DNA of 64,000 bases from a bacterium (GCA_965218795.1 OZ244653.1:3744001-3808000), one strand, 5' to 3'. Positions 39,202 to 51,384 are shown, counted from the stretch's first letter. Numbers and translations: made by a program. The notes: generated by a model from the sequence alone, not told the origin.

Positions 39202-40071
39202 TTACTTGGCGTATCCCGTCTTGCCGAAAAGGCCTTCGGGCCGGATGAACAAAACCATGACCATCAGAATGAAGCCGACGGCGTTCTGGTATCCGGGGCC
39301 GAAATAGTAAGCCCCGAAGTTTTCCACAAGCCCCAGGACCAGGCCCCCGACCAGGGCGCCCACCATGTTGCCCAGGCCGCCGATGATGCAGATCACAAAG
39401 GACTTGGCCAGAAATTCAACGTCAATGACCGGCGAAATGGAGAACCCCACGCTGACCAGGGACCCCGCGGCTGCGGCCATCGCAGCCCCGAGCCCGAAGG
39501 TGATCGAGTAGATGCGCCCGATGTTCACGCCCATCAGGCGCGCGCCGTCCAGGTCCATGCGGGTGGCGCGGATGGCGCGTCCCGTTCGCGTCCTGGCCAT
39601 GAACCAGAAGAGCAGGCCCGTCATGACGATGGCCAATATGAACATGATCAGACGGATGAAGGGAACGATGATCTCACCGATCTGGAAGGAAAACTCGGCG
39701 TAGGCGGCCTGCACGGCGCGGTAGTCGCCCGTCCAGAAATGCAGGGCCATGTTCACGGCGAAGAGTTCGAGGCCGAACGTCAGGATCAGCGTAATGAACA
39801 GGGGGGCCTTGATGACCAAGTTGATCACCAGATACTGGGTCAGGTAGCCCACGCAAAACATCAGCAGGATACTCAGCGGGAGGCTGATGAAGGGATCGAT
39901 TCCGTACAAGTGGAACAGCCAGAAGGTGACATATCCACCCAGCATGAGGAAGGTGCCGTGGAGGACGTTCAGGATGTTCATCACGCCCCACACCAGCGAG
40001 AACCCGATGGCGACGCAGGCGTAGATTCCCCCGAGCAGTATGCTGTTGATCAAGGTCTGGACGTAGAACAT
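39202..40071 (-). CDS. livH: ABC transporter permease
   Basis: GGIYA..AIGFSLVWGVMNILN..HG, GRAIRA, IIGGLG, RPEGLFG. Confidence 0.9.
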   Translation of the reverse strand: MFYVQTLINSILLGGIYACVAIGFSLVWGVMNILNVLHGTFLMLGGYVTFWLFHLYGIDPFISLPLSILLMFCVGYLTQYLVINLVIKAPLFITLILTFGLELFAVNMALHFWTGDYRAVQAAYAEFSFQIGEIIVPFIRLIMFILAIVMTGLLFWFMARTRTGRAIRATRMDLDGARLMGVNIGRIYSITFGLGAAMAAAAGSLVSVGFSISPVIDVEFLAKSFVICIIGGLGNMVGALVGGLVLGLVENFGAYYFGPGYQNAVGFILMVMVLFIRPEGLFGKTGYAK

Positions 40072-40419
40072 CCTGAACGAATTCCGTTGGACACAGGGTT
40101 TTCAATTGGTTGGGGTGCGGGTATCCGATAGGGAGAGCAGCCCCCGTCCTGAATCCGAAAACTCTTTCTTCTAGCTTGAGTACGGAGGAAAGTCAACCCT
40201 ATATCCCGCCTTCAGACGGCAGCGGGAATGGCCGCCCATTAAAAGAACCCGAGGGGGCATTTGGCTCACTGACGGGCCGGGCCGGCTGCGATCTGTGGTC
40301 ATGGACTGTCAAGGCCTCCTTGGCGCACGCATTCCGGAAGTTGAATCACAAGCAACACCCGCGCGGAAGCCTGAAGCCGCGCGTCCCGCCCTGCTCGGAG
40401 AGGGCCGCGACTCGGGTCC

Positions 40420-41799
40420 TCACGCACCCTGGATGAACAGGCGGTCCACGGCGGCGGCGAGTTCGGCCAGGCTGCTGACCTGATGGAGGTGGTCGCAAAG
40501 CGGGATGTAGGCAAAGATGTCGCTGTCACCTGAACCCCAGAGCGGCCGGGGCTCCGGGTTCATCCAGACGATGCGACGGGCTCGTCGCCCGATCAGCTCC
40601 ACGACGTCCAGCCTGGGGTCGTTGTAATTGTTCCGGCCGTCCCCCAGGAAGATTACCGTCGTACGGCCGTCCACCGAATCGAGAAAGTCCCGGGAAAACT
40701 GTGCCAGCGACGCGCCGAGGTCCGTGTTGTAGCAGCCCGCCTGGAGGTTCTGCAATACCTTCTCTACCGCAACCTCCGGCCGGTGTTCGTGAAAAGGCTC
40801 GCTGATCTCCTCCATGTGATCGATGAAGGCGAAGCTTCGGGCCTTGGCCACCTGATCCTGGAGCTCGTAGATCAGCCGAAGCATGAATTCGGCGCAGTGA
40901 CGGACAGACGTCGACACATCGCAGATCAGCACCAGCTTCGGTTTCAGGTGACGGGTTCTCCATCGGAGGTCCAGCGGGACGCCCCCGTGCCTCAGATTGG
41001 CCCGGATGGTTCCTTTCGGATCGAGGATGCCTTTCTTCCCGCGGCGGTGCCGGAGCGCCGCGCGGCTTCTCAACCGGGCCGCCAGCCGGCGAACCTCGTC
41101 GCGCAGGGCGTCGGCCTCTTCCTCATTGAGCTGTCGAAACGGCCGATGCAGCAAATCCGGTTCGGCCTCGGGCCCGGACTTTTCGGCGAGTCTGCGGGCC
41201 GCGCTCCCGCCCGCAAAGTGCTGGAGCTGTTCCTCCAGCGCCTCCAGGTTGGCTCCGAACAGCTCCCGGACCTTTTCCAGCCCCTGCTTCCCCATTCCCA
41301 TTTCAGCAAGGGTCTCAAGGAGGGCCTCGAGCGCCTCCATCACTTCCTTCAGTCCGAGGGCCCGCTTCATCCGCTGTTCGGCCCACCGTTGCTCCCACGG
41401 TGTTCTTACATCGGGGAGGCCGGCCTGCTCCCCCAGCGCGTCGAGTTCCCCCTGTTTCATCGGACGGCCTTGCATGAGCTGACGCAGGAGGCCGAGGAGC
41501 TCGGGCGGCAGGGATTGCATCGCCTGACGGAGCATCTCCGTCTCCTCGGGAGACAGGAGATCGGAGGGCTGGAGAAGAGGCTTTTCCCCGGTTCCGAAAT
41601 ACAAGGGAAAGAGCCGCTCGAACGTCGGAAGGTCTCCGCTGTCCTTGATGAGCGTGAGGCTCAGGACCGTTTTGAAGATGTCGCGAGATTGAATTCCCGT
41701 CTGCCGGACAGCACACAGGGAATCCTCGCTTTCGGCCACGGAGACCCGCACGCCGGCTCCGCGCAGGCCGGCCACGAAATCGACGATTCTATCTTCCAT
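40420..41799 (-). CDS. coxE: VWA domain CoxE-like protein
   Basis: LRGAGVRVS, CDVSTSV MIDAS, TDLG, LGDGRNNY, WMNPE...WGSGDS. Confidence 0.82.
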   Translation of the reverse strand: MEDRIVDFVAGLRGAGVRVSVAESEDSLCAVRQTGIQSRDIFKTVLSLTLIKDSGDLPTFERLFPLYFGTGEKPLLQPSDLLSPEETEMLRQAMQSLPPELLGLLRQLMQGRPMKQGELDALGEQAGLPDVRTPWEQRWAEQRMKRALGLKEVMEALEALLETLAEMGMGKQGLEKVRELFGANLEALEEQLQHFAGGSAARRLAEKSGPEAEPDLLHRPFRQLNEEEADALRDEVRRLAARLRSRAALRHRRGKKGILDPKGTIRANLRHGGVPLDLRWRTRHLKPKLVLICDVSTSVRHCAEFMLRLIYELQDQVAKARSFAFIDHMEEISEPFHEHRPEVAVEKVLQNLQAGCYNTDLGASLAQFSRDFLDSVDGRTTVIFLGDGRNNYNDPRLDVVELIGRRARRIVWMNPEPRPLWGSGDSDIFAYIPLCDHLHQVSSLAELAAAVDRLFIQGA

Positions 41800-42838
41800 T
41801 GGCACCGGTGTCTCCCGGTTTTTTGCGGCGGCGGACTTCCCGAGGGAATCTGTCGCGGACGGGTCCGGACGGAGGGTTTTCTTCAGTCTTCGGCTGGTTT
41901 TTGAGCCTCTCCGCTTCCTCCAGGGCCCGCTGTTCGGCGGCGAACGCCCGGCGGACCCGAACGATATCGTGCTCGTGTTTCAACAGGACGGTCATCGTGT
42001 GATCCAGGGTGTTCGGATCAATCGACTTGGCGTTCAGCATCAGGAGGGCTTTCGCCCAGTCCAGGGTCTCGCTGACGCTGGGGTGTTTTTTGAGGTCGAG
42101 TCTGCGGAGCCTTTGAACCACCTCGACAGCTTGCCGGGCCAGCTCGGGGGCCAATGCGGGCACCTTCCGCTTCACGATCCGAAGTTCCGACTCCACGGAA
42201 GGATAGTCGATAAAAACATACAGCGAGCGCCGTTTGAGCGCCTCGCTGAGCTCCCGGGTGTTGTTGCTCGTCAGGACGACGGCGGGCCTCTGCCTGGCCG
42301 TCAGGGTGCCGAGCTCCGGCACGCTGACCTGGAAATCACTGAGGATCTCCAAAAGGAACGCCTCGAACTCCGCATCGGCCCGATCGATCTCGTCGATCAA
42401 CAGGAGCACGGGGTGATCCGATCGGATGGCTCGGAGCAGAGGCCGCTGGAGAAGGAACCGCTCGGAGAAGAAGACATCCTCCTCGGCGGCCAGTCGGTCG
42501 GCGGCCTCCCCGAGGGAAGACGCACCCGACAAAACGCTCTGGAGCTTGTCCCGAAGGAGCTGGGTGTAGAGCATCTGCTTCGCGTATTCCCATTCGTAAA
42601 GAGCCTTGGTTTCGTCGAGGCCCTCGTAACACTGGAGGCGAATGAGCTCCCTTCCCGTGGCCCGGGCCCAGGCCTTGCCGAGTTCCGTCTTGCCCACCCC
42701 GGCGGGGCCTTCCGTGAGGATGGGCTTACCCAGCCGATCGGCCAGAAAGACCGCGGTGGAAATCTCCTCCGAGGGGATGTATCCGTTGTCGTCGAGAAGC
42801 CGGCTCACATGCTGGATGTCTTGCGGAGACTCGGTCAT
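41789..42838 (-). CDS. coxD: MoxR-family AAA+ ATPase (CoxD-like)
   Basis: EGPAGVGKTEL, RLQCYEGLDE, LLIDEIDRAD.EFEA, LTSN.TRELSEALKRR. Confidence 0.85.
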   Translation of the reverse strand: MTESPQDIQHVSRLLDDNGYIPSEEISTAVFLADRLGKPILTEGPAGVGKTELGKAWARATGRELIRLQCYEGLDETKALYEWEYAKQMLYTQLLRDKLQSVLSGASSLGEAADRLAAEEDVFFSERFLLQRPLLRAIRSDHPVLLLIDEIDRADAEFEAFLLEILSDFQVSVPELGTLTARQRPAVVLTSNNTRELSEALKRRSLYVFIDYPSVESELRIVKRKVPALAPELARQAVEVVQRLRRLDLKKHPSVSETLDWAKALLMLNAKSIDPNTLDHTMTVLLKHEHDIVRVRRAFAAEQRALEEAERLKNQPKTEENPPSGPVRDRFPREVRRRKKPGDTGANGR

Positions 42839-43183
42839 GACAGGCCCTTTTGAGAACGCACCAAGGTCTCTTCGGGATGGACGTTCTTTCCCCGGTTGCG
42901 CGGTGCAAGGGGTTTCTTTTCGAACGATAACACATCCCGTTCCGGTGTACACAGCCGCCCCTACATTCTGGACTCCCGCCCCCGACAGAAGCGCTCGGGG
43001 ACAGGCCCCGCGGGAATGAACGAGCGATACGGAATTCCTGCCTAGACAGGAATGGTGATCGAATCTAGGGTAAGCTGTACGAATAGTAGGATGACTGAGA
43101 GGGGTCATCCGGGGAATTTCCTAACGGTATGAGTAGGGTGAAAGGGAAGAGTGGATCGTTTCCTAATGAAGAGGGGTGAAGCG

Positions 43184-44185
43184 ATGAGACAGGGCATGCG
43201 GTGGACTGCGATTCTCGTTTTCTTTTTTGTGTCTTTGGGGCTCGTGCAGGCAATGGGGGATACGGCGGCGGCGAAGAAGCTCCGCGTCGCCATTGGGCTC
43301 GACGGGGCCAATAACGACAAAGGTTGGTACGAATCAGGATACCAGGGAGCGATGAAACTCAAAGAGGACCCTGGGATGGTCGAGGTCGCCTTTCAGGAAC
43401 GCGTGAAGGTGGCAGACATGGAAAGGACGGTCCGCCGCTGGGCGGTCGAGGGCTACGACCTGATCCTCGGGCACGGATACTCGTGGGGCGCACCCGCCCG
43501 GAAGGTCGCCCCGGAATTCCCCAGGACGACTTTCGCGGTCGCGGGATTTTTCAACAACAAGGACATCCCAAACCTGGTGAACTACCTGGTCCAAGCCCAT
43601 GAGACGGGCTACATGGCCGGCGTCCTGGCGGCCCTGATGACGAAGAGCCGGAAAGTCGGCGTGATCGGCGGGTATCCCATCCCCCAACAGGTTGCTGATC
43701 ACAACGGCTTCATTCTGGGGGCGCGGTCGGTCAACCCCCGGATCGAGGTCTCGAGCATCTTCATCAACGACTGGTTCGATGCGCCCAAGGCCAAGGAGGC
43801 CGCCATGGCCATGATCGACCAGAACGTGGATGTCCTTGATGTGACCGCGCAACCCATGGGTTTTGGCTCTTACAAGGCCGCGGAAGAGAGGGGCGTTATG
43901 GCGATCGGGATCTATGTGGACTTGAGACCGCTGTCGCCCGACACCTTCATCACGAGCTCGATCTGGAACTGGCACGCCGCCTTGAAACAGATCATTCAGG
44001 ACATAAGCCAGGGCAAGAAGCTCAAGAAGCACTACCTGGTCAGCGCGACCGACGGCGGAGTCTGGCTGGGACCGTTCAACAAGAAAGTCCCAGCGGACAT
44101 AGCGAAGCGGGTCCGCACTGTAGAAAAGGAGATCCAAAGCGGAAAGCTGAAGGTTCCCTATCTGTCCAAAAAGGTGCTCAAGTAA
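43184..44185 (+). CDS. BMP-family ABC substrate-binding protein (nucleoside-type)
   Basis: Signal peptide; DKGWYESGYQG, GYDLILGHG, GYMAGVLAA, WFDAPKAKEAA. Confidence 0.88.
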   Translation: MRQGMRWTAILVFFFVSLGLVQAMGDTAAAKKLRVAIGLDGANNDKGWYESGYQGAMKLKEDPGMVEVAFQERVKVADMERTVRRWAVEGYDLILGHGYSWGAPARKVAPEFPRTTFAVAGFFNNKDIPNLVNYLVQAHETGYMAGVLAALMTKSRKVGVIGGYPIPQQVADHNGFILGARSVNPRIEVSSIFINDWFDAPKAKEAAMAMIDQNVDVLDVTAQPMGFGSYKAAEERGVMAIGIYVDLRPLSPDTFITSSIWNWHAALKQIIQDISQGKKLKKHYLVSATDGGVWLGPFNKKVPADIAKRVRTVEKEIQSGKLKVPYLSKKVLK

Positions 44186-44224
44186 CCCTTCGGCCGCCGC
44201 GGGCGGCAAAAACGAGGCTCTCGA

Positions 44225-44460
44225 CTCAAGTTCCCCGGGGACAGGTCTCCGGCCATGCCCCGGATGAGGCCCGAGTGCATGTGCAGGTTGACCAGACCGG
44301 GGAGGACGGCATGCCGGGCGCCGTCCACGCTCTTGCAGTCGGAGAATTCCCTCCCCAGGTCGGCCGCCTTGCCCACCGCACGAATCCGGTCATCCTGGAC
44401 GACCATGCCCCCGTCCTCGATCACCCGGTCGTCCGATCCACGGCCAACACAAACCGGCCC
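44225..44460 (-). pseudogene. Amidohydrolase (MTA/SAH deaminase-like) N-terminal remnant
   Basis: IEDGGMVVQDDRIRAVG...VLPGLVNLHMH (HxH motif), then truncated. Confidence 0.6.
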
Positions 44461-44469
44461 TTGAGCAAA

Positions 44470-45247
44470 ATCGATTCCGCTATCTTTTTCTCTCTCTAAG
44501 CCATAATGTCGAGAGCAGTCTTTGCTTGAAGTTGCTCCAGGGGCCACGTTCTTCCCCTTGCACTTCTCCCGCAGAGCCATTAGAGTGTCCTCGTCGAGAG
44601 AGTTGATTACTCCTTCTGTTGCAGCATCGGCAATACATGTCGGATAAAACTCTACGGAGTATGTTTCGTCGGTTGCCAGTCGATGAAGCTGTTCTTGCAA
44701 CGTCAATTGATTCAATTCGGCTATGAAATTCTGACGAATGTCACCGTCTCGATCCTTGGCAGATCGTTCTCGCTGGGCCTTGCGAACCTGTCTCTCGTTT
44801 CTCGCGTCTTCTATTTCCTTCGCTCTTTTTTTCTTCCACAGGTCGATCCGCCGTTCTGCACGGCGGTACTCCTCGACGGAGCGTGCACCGTGATTCTGGC
44901 TGCCGTATGGAACCCACGGGTTTCGGGTTCGGGGGAGTATCCAGTCTGCGACCTCATCAGCTACTGTCCGGATCACGCTCCTGCAATCGTCGAAATGTCC
45001 AGATCACGGCGGATACAGAACCACCTATCCAGTGATGATGGTTTTCGGCTATAGCTAAACCTCTTGTCAAAGCCACGAGGCCGTCGGTCGGCATTGTGTA
45101 AGTAATCTCGCCCCAAGTTCGCCAATGTTTACGGTTGATCCAACCGAATTCGCCGATCGATTCGAGACGCGCGGCCGTCGCTGGGGTATCGGGGTCGCCG
45201 GACTTTCCAATCTCAATCAGAATCTCGATTACATTGGCTGGAATCAT
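44470..45247 (-). pseudogene. Hypothetical protein, frameshifted near 44970
   Basis: ORFs 44957-45292 and 44158-44976 join if one C is removed (ERDRTVADEVADWIL); lower GC than the flanks. Confidence 0.5.
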
Positions 45248-45516
45248 CAAGGCATTCGCTTTGCATAAATTTCGCCCGCTCAGCGGCGTCAAGCGAACAC
45301 TCCTCGGTCAATAATTGTCCGTGGCGACTGGGATTGTGATTTTGGCCTTGGATGGAAAGATGGGTCCGCCGCCCGGATGGCGGACACATCCCCGCCGGGC
45401 AAGATGCCCGGCCTACCGGGGGCGCAATAATCTTTGATGCCGAAAGACGTTGAGCACAAAGACTGTCACCGGATCGCCCCCTTTTTGCCCGCGATTCCGA
45501 CGCAAGCCGATTTTTC

Positions 45517-46500
45517 CTACTCGACCCCAAGTTCCCCCAGCAGCCTCCGATAGGCCAGCGCGACGGCGTCCGGCCCTTTGACGTGAAGTTCCTCGCTCAG
45601 ATCGAGCGGAAGCTCCTCGGGCCGCTGTTCCTTCAGGATGACGAGGTCCTGTTCCAGGATCGTGCGGTAAAAGTTTTCCTCGCCATCGAGCCCCCGGGCC
45701 GCCGGATCGAAATTTCGGGCGATCATGAAATACCACGTCGTCTTTTTGGCGGAGTGCGGCTGGACGACGAAATAGAAGCACTCGGCGAGGCCGCCTTCCT
45801 CCTCTTTTCTCTGATAAATCGTGAACGGCCGGGTCAGGGTGTAATTGCGCAAATGGGGATCGGGGTGAAATTCCGTCGGAAGGTCCTGCCGCCGGAAAAG
45901 TAGCCGCTCGCCGTTCCGCTCGATCTCGATCGGGGGCGTTTCCGTGTGCTCCCGGTCACCCAGAATCCCTTCGTGCACCCAGGGGAAGTGCGCCTGGTCA
46001 ACGAAGTTCTCGATGGCCCGGGCGGAGCTGCAGTCCCACGTGTCCTTGTCATGGACGAACACTTCGTACCCGTCGTCATCATACTCGGGGTAGTCGGCGA
46101 TCGGTGTCCGCGGCTTCCCCGACATGCACACCCAGACGATTCCGTGTTTCTCCTCGCAGCGGTAAGCGGTGAGACGGGCCTTCTTGGGGATGGGATGATT
46201 TTCGGGCACCGACGGGATCCGCGTGCACTTCCCCTCTCCGTTGTAAGACCATCCGTGGTAGGCGCAAACGATTTCGTCATTTTCAATCCACCCGAGGGAC
46301 AGGGGCGTCCCGCGGTGGACACACAGGTCGTAAAAAGCCTTCGGCTGACCGCCCAAACGGCAGACCACGATTCGTTCGTCCAGGAGTGTGGTCGCCAGGG
46401 GTTTGTCCTCTGCGACTTCTTCCGAGAAGGCGACCGGGTGCCAATAATCCCTCAAAGCGGGCCAGAGCGCCCCCTCGCTCAGTCCTTTGACTTTCGGCAT
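45517..46500 (-). CDS. Rieske non-heme iron oxygenase alpha subunit (VanA/demethylase-like)
   Basis: CVH...CAYHGW Rieske motif; ENFVDQAHFPWVH and a distal EQD. Confidence 0.9.
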   Translation of the reverse strand: MPKVKGLSEGALWPALRDYWHPVAFSEEVAEDKPLATTLLDERIVVCRLGGQPKAFYDLCVHRGTPLSLGWIENDEIVCAYHGWSYNGEGKCTRIPSVPENHPIPKKARLTAYRCEEKHGIVWVCMSGKPRTPIADYPEYDDDGYEVFVHDKDTWDCSSARAIENFVDQAHFPWVHEGILGDREHTETPPIEIERNGERLLFRRQDLPTEFHPDPHLRNYTLTRPFTIYQRKEEEGGLAECFYFVVQPHSAKKTTWYFMIARNFDPAARGLDGEENFYRTILEQDLVILKEQRPEELPLDLSEELHVKGPDAVALAYRRLLGELGVE

Positions 46501-46750
46501 GGACTCATCTCCCTTTCGCTGTGATTCCAGAGCTCACATGGTCAGGCATGACGGCGGCGGAAGGATCGGATTGGAATGCGAAGGGTCCGCCCGCTCATGT
46601 TTTCGAATCTCCTCAAGACGAAAGATCGTAACGGGTAATCGCTTGCAGCACAATGAGAAGACCTGAGCCCGGGTGACCCATGATTCATGGAGGCGATCCA
46701 TGCGGCACTCGTGTCCGCCTCGGCTCCGCCCACCCGAGACCGGACTTCTT

Positions 46751-48142
<1,392 letters not shown>

Positions 48143-48352
48143 TCAAACTTTTTCACAGCCACATCGCGAAGCGCGTTCTTCCATGATGTGATGACAGGTC
48201 TGGATGAAACCATTGGATGGGCGGGGCCTCCGTCGGAAGATTTCTATCGTATGATTAATTTAAAGTACTTCCGTCAACGGGTCGAATCGAATCCCGTCGA
48301 TACGACCGATGAATATCATCCACGAGCCGTACGATTTCAGGATTCCCAAGTC

Positions 48353-50434
48353 ATGATTCAGCATTTCGAGGCGATTCTTGCCCAACTGCTTCAGGTGGAC
48401 CGAAAAGAGAAAGCCCCGATTCTCTTCCATCCCGCGCATCATTTTCACGACTCCGTGGACGACCCGGAGGGTATCCCCCAGGCCGTCAATGCGGCGTTCC
48501 TCATCGCATTGGCCGGGGACCGCCATCCGGCCTATGAGAGGGCCAAAGCTTTTCTCACGCAGGCGCAGGGCGTACTTCAATGGGAGGGGGTGGCCGCATT
48601 CTATCAGGACGGAATCGAATTGATTCACCAGGAATTGGAAGCCCTCTCCCGTCGCGACCCGGATTTTGCCGCTCAGATGGAAGAGGTCTCCGCCTGGGTG
48701 TCCCATCCGGAGAACCTTGGAGACGGGGCGGAGGTTGCCGAAAAACTTTGGTCGATATTTTTCCCGGAGGCCGTGGGACTGAGGAAAGGAAAAGAGGAAG
48801 CCGTCGAATCTCTCCGGAAAAGGCGAACCGTGACCATCACGGAGACCAATCCGGCGCCCATTCAGGAGGTTGACAGGCAGGTTCTTTTCACCTCCAACGT
48901 TTTGTTGACCCTTCCCCCTGCTTCCAAATCCCTGGAGGGCCTTCCCTTGAGCGATGGACTCAAGGCGAGTATCTCCGAGACGCTGCGCGAGCCCCAGGTC
49001 TACTGGTACGACCACCCCGTTCAGGTGGGGGTTGCCCCGGAAAATAATGAGATCCTCTATGGCCTTCGGGGGCTCAGGGAGACGTTGACCTTCGAGCGGG
49101 AAAGGGGCTCCGTGCCGGAAGGCGCAAGACTGACGTGCGTTCTATCGGTGTCGGTCACGCACCCGGGTCTCCATGAAGTCGCGAAGTCCTACGTCGAAGA
49201 GGAATTCGCCCGCTACGGCGGGTTGGAGGGCCTGGACGTGTACATATTCACTGAGACGGAGACCCGGCGGATCATCGACGACGTGCTTGCGCCGGCGGCG
49301 GAGCGGTTTCTGAACGCCGGCGACGCCCGGAAGCTTCTCGGTGTCTTGGGGGTGGACGGGGAATACGGCCGGCACTACAGTTTTCTGAAGGCGATTGCCG
49401 CCTTCTGGAACGTACTCGTCAATCCGGACATCCGGGCGACGTTCAAGATCGATCTCGACCAGGTGTTTCCCCAACAGGAGCTGGTCGAGGAGACCGGCCG
49501 GTCCGCGCTGGAGAATTTTACGACGCCCCTGTGGGGGGCGCGGGCCATCGATAGCAGCGGGAAACCGGTGGAATTGGGGATGATCGCCGGCGCGCTCGTC
49601 AACGAGAACGACATCGGCCAATCCGTCTTCACGCCGGATGTGCGATTTCCGGACCGGACGCTCTTTCCGGATGAATACGTTTTCTTCAGCATGCTGCCCC
49701 AGGCGTTATCCACCGAGGCGGAGATGATGACCCGCTACACGCCGGGCGAAATCGACGGTCAAAAAAAGTGCATCGAGCGCATCCACGTGACCGGAGGGAC
49801 CAACGGTATCTTGGTCGACAGTCTTCGGAGGCACCGTCCCTTTACGCCGTCATTCATCGGCCGGGCGGAAGACCAGGCGTATATCCTTTCCGTGTTCTCC
49901 AACCCGGACGGAAGGCTCGCCTATCTGCATCAGGATGGCTTGATCATGCGGCACGACAAAAGTTCATTCGCCCAGGAAGCCATCGAAGCCGCTTCCCTGG
50001 GCAAGTCGATCGGTGATTACGTCCGCATTCTCTACTTCTCCAGGTATGCCGGGGCGCTTCCCGGCAACGAAAATCTGCTGAAACAAACGGCGGACCCCTT
50101 TACGGGGTGTTTCATCTCCCGGATCCCGATCACAATCGTATTTCTTCGCATGGCGGTTCGGGCGTCGGCCATGTTCTCCGCCGGCGAAACCGAGCGGGGG
50201 CGCGAGTTCATCATCATGAGCGCGCGCCGTCTCAAGGAAGCGCTCGAATTCGTCGGAGGCCGGGACGGAAGTCTGAAGCGGCAGTTCGAGAGGGAGAGAT
50301 CGGGATGGGACCTTTACTACGATGTCCTCTCCGCGCTTGAGCGCGCCCTTCTTGAGGAAGACGAGTTTGCAGCGGAGTTGCGCGACAGAGCGACGAAGAT
50401 CGTAGCGGGGTGTTCAGTCCGGACGGACTCCTGA
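48353..50434 (+). CDS. Large hypothetical protein, possibly GT-A-like
   Basis: ~690 aa with good codon usage; motifs YWYDHP, GRHYSFLK, KIDLDQVF, HVTGGTNG, GRAEDQ, HDK. Start uncertain (ORF from 48188). Confidence 0.75.
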   Translation: MIQHFEAILAQLLQVDRKEKAPILFHPAHHFHDSVDDPEGIPQAVNAAFLIALAGDRHPAYERAKAFLTQAQGVLQWEGVAAFYQDGIELIHQELEALSRRDPDFAAQMEEVSAWVSHPENLGDGAEVAEKLWSIFFPEAVGLRKGKEEAVESLRKRRTVTITETNPAPIQEVDRQVLFTSNVLLTLPPASKSLEGLPLSDGLKASISETLREPQVYWYDHPVQVGVAPENNEILYGLRGLRETLTFERERGSVPEGARLTCVLSVSVTHPGLHEVAKSYVEEEFARYGGLEGLDVYIFTETETRRIIDDVLAPAAERFLNAGDARKLLGVLGVDGEYGRHYSFLKAIAAFWNVLVNPDIRATFKIDLDQVFPQQELVEETGRSALENFTTPLWGARAIDSSGKPVELGMIAGALVNENDIGQSVFTPDVRFPDRTLFPDEYVFFSMLPQALSTEAEMMTRYTPGEIDGQKKCIERIHVTGGTNGILVDSLRRHRPFTPSFIGRAEDQAYILSVFSNPDGRLAYLHQDGLIMRHDKSSFAQEAIEAASLGKSIGDYVRILYFSRYAGALPGNENLLKQTADPFTGCFISRIPITIVFLRMAVRASAMFSAGETERGREFIIMSARRLKEALEFVGGRDGSLKRQFERERSGWDLYYDVLSALERALLEEDEFAAELRDRATKIVAGCSVRTDS

Positions 50435-50542
50435 GCCAAGAAGATCCGAAGGTCTTGCCGCGGGATCCGGAATTTTCCGGGGCACCGCTTGGCATTCATC
50501 GGTCGCCGGAGAAGCCACCCCTGACGGCCCGAGGTTCGTCCA

Positions 50543-51016
50543 TTATTGTTTCACCACAAGCTTGTAATTCGGCGTCGGGTTCAGGGGGCACGAATAGACG
50601 TACTTCCCCTCTTTCAGGGTGATTTCGTAGTCCTGCGTGACGCCCGGATCCAGCCCGCCCCCGGACACTTTGGGGAGGGTCAGCCGACCCAGCCCGGAGC
50701 CTCGAAGGTAAAATCCGAGCATATACGGCACGTTCTTGTTGGTCACCCGGAAGATATGCTTCCCCGGCTTCAACTCCAATACCTTGGACTTCGCCAAGCG
50801 ATCCTTCCCGGTCTCCCGGTTGATCCGCTTGCAGTCATCCGCCGAGTTCGTCTTGAATTCGTGATCCGCGCCCTCGGCCTCCTCGAACTGGCAGCCGGTC
50901 TGGGTGAGCGTGATCACTTGCGAATCGGTGGCTGCGCCCGCTGCGCCGGTAACAATCCAACCGGCCGCTGCGACGGCTGCAAGAAGCGAAAGGGGAACCC
51001 TCTTCGTGAGCCTCAT
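50543..51016 (-). CDS. Secreted cupredoxin-fold-like protein
   Basis: Signal peptide; LTQTGCQF, LKPGKHIFRVTN, LKEGKYVYSCPLNPTP; CAGGAGG RBS. Confidence 0.75.
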   Translation of the reverse strand: MRLTKRVPLSLLAAVAAAGWIVTGAAGAATDSQVITLTQTGCQFEEAEGADHEFKTNSADDCKRINRETGKDRLAKSKVLELKPGKHIFRVTNKNVPYMLGFYLRGSGLGRLTLPKVSGGGLDPGVTQDYEITLKEGKYVYSCPLNPTPNYKLVVKQ

Positions 51017-51384
51017 TGCCGACACCTCCTGAAAGCGTTTACGGATTTGAATGGGTGATTGGGCCTTCGTATGAAATCGGTCCGAGCTTTCTCGGCGCAT
51101 ACTGAGTTAGATGTTTGATTCCGGCGAAAAGATTCAAATGTCTCTTATGAGCCGGACGCGAAATTTCGCGTTTCGAATATGAAAATATAGGCTGTTCGGT
51201 ACCCTCCGGGTAGACCCGTCGATTGAATTTTACAAAAATGTGACACGCAACGCGGCGTATGGCGGCCGGGCACACATTGATGGAGGCCGCTGACCGGGGC
51301 ATGAGAGGCGTTGTTGTGCGATGGAAGAGCCGGATGGATGCAGATTGCAACAGCCTGAATGCCCCGACCGGTTGATGTGGATGG

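Noticed and set aside
40420-42838. Aerobic CO dehydrogenase (form I) locus
   Set aside because: None of the large subunits has the AYxCSFR motif, and no coxM/coxS genes are present.
44957-44962. TGA-TGA as possible selenocysteine readthrough
   Set aside because: No redox motif; the downstream sequence continues in another frame, so this is a frameshift.
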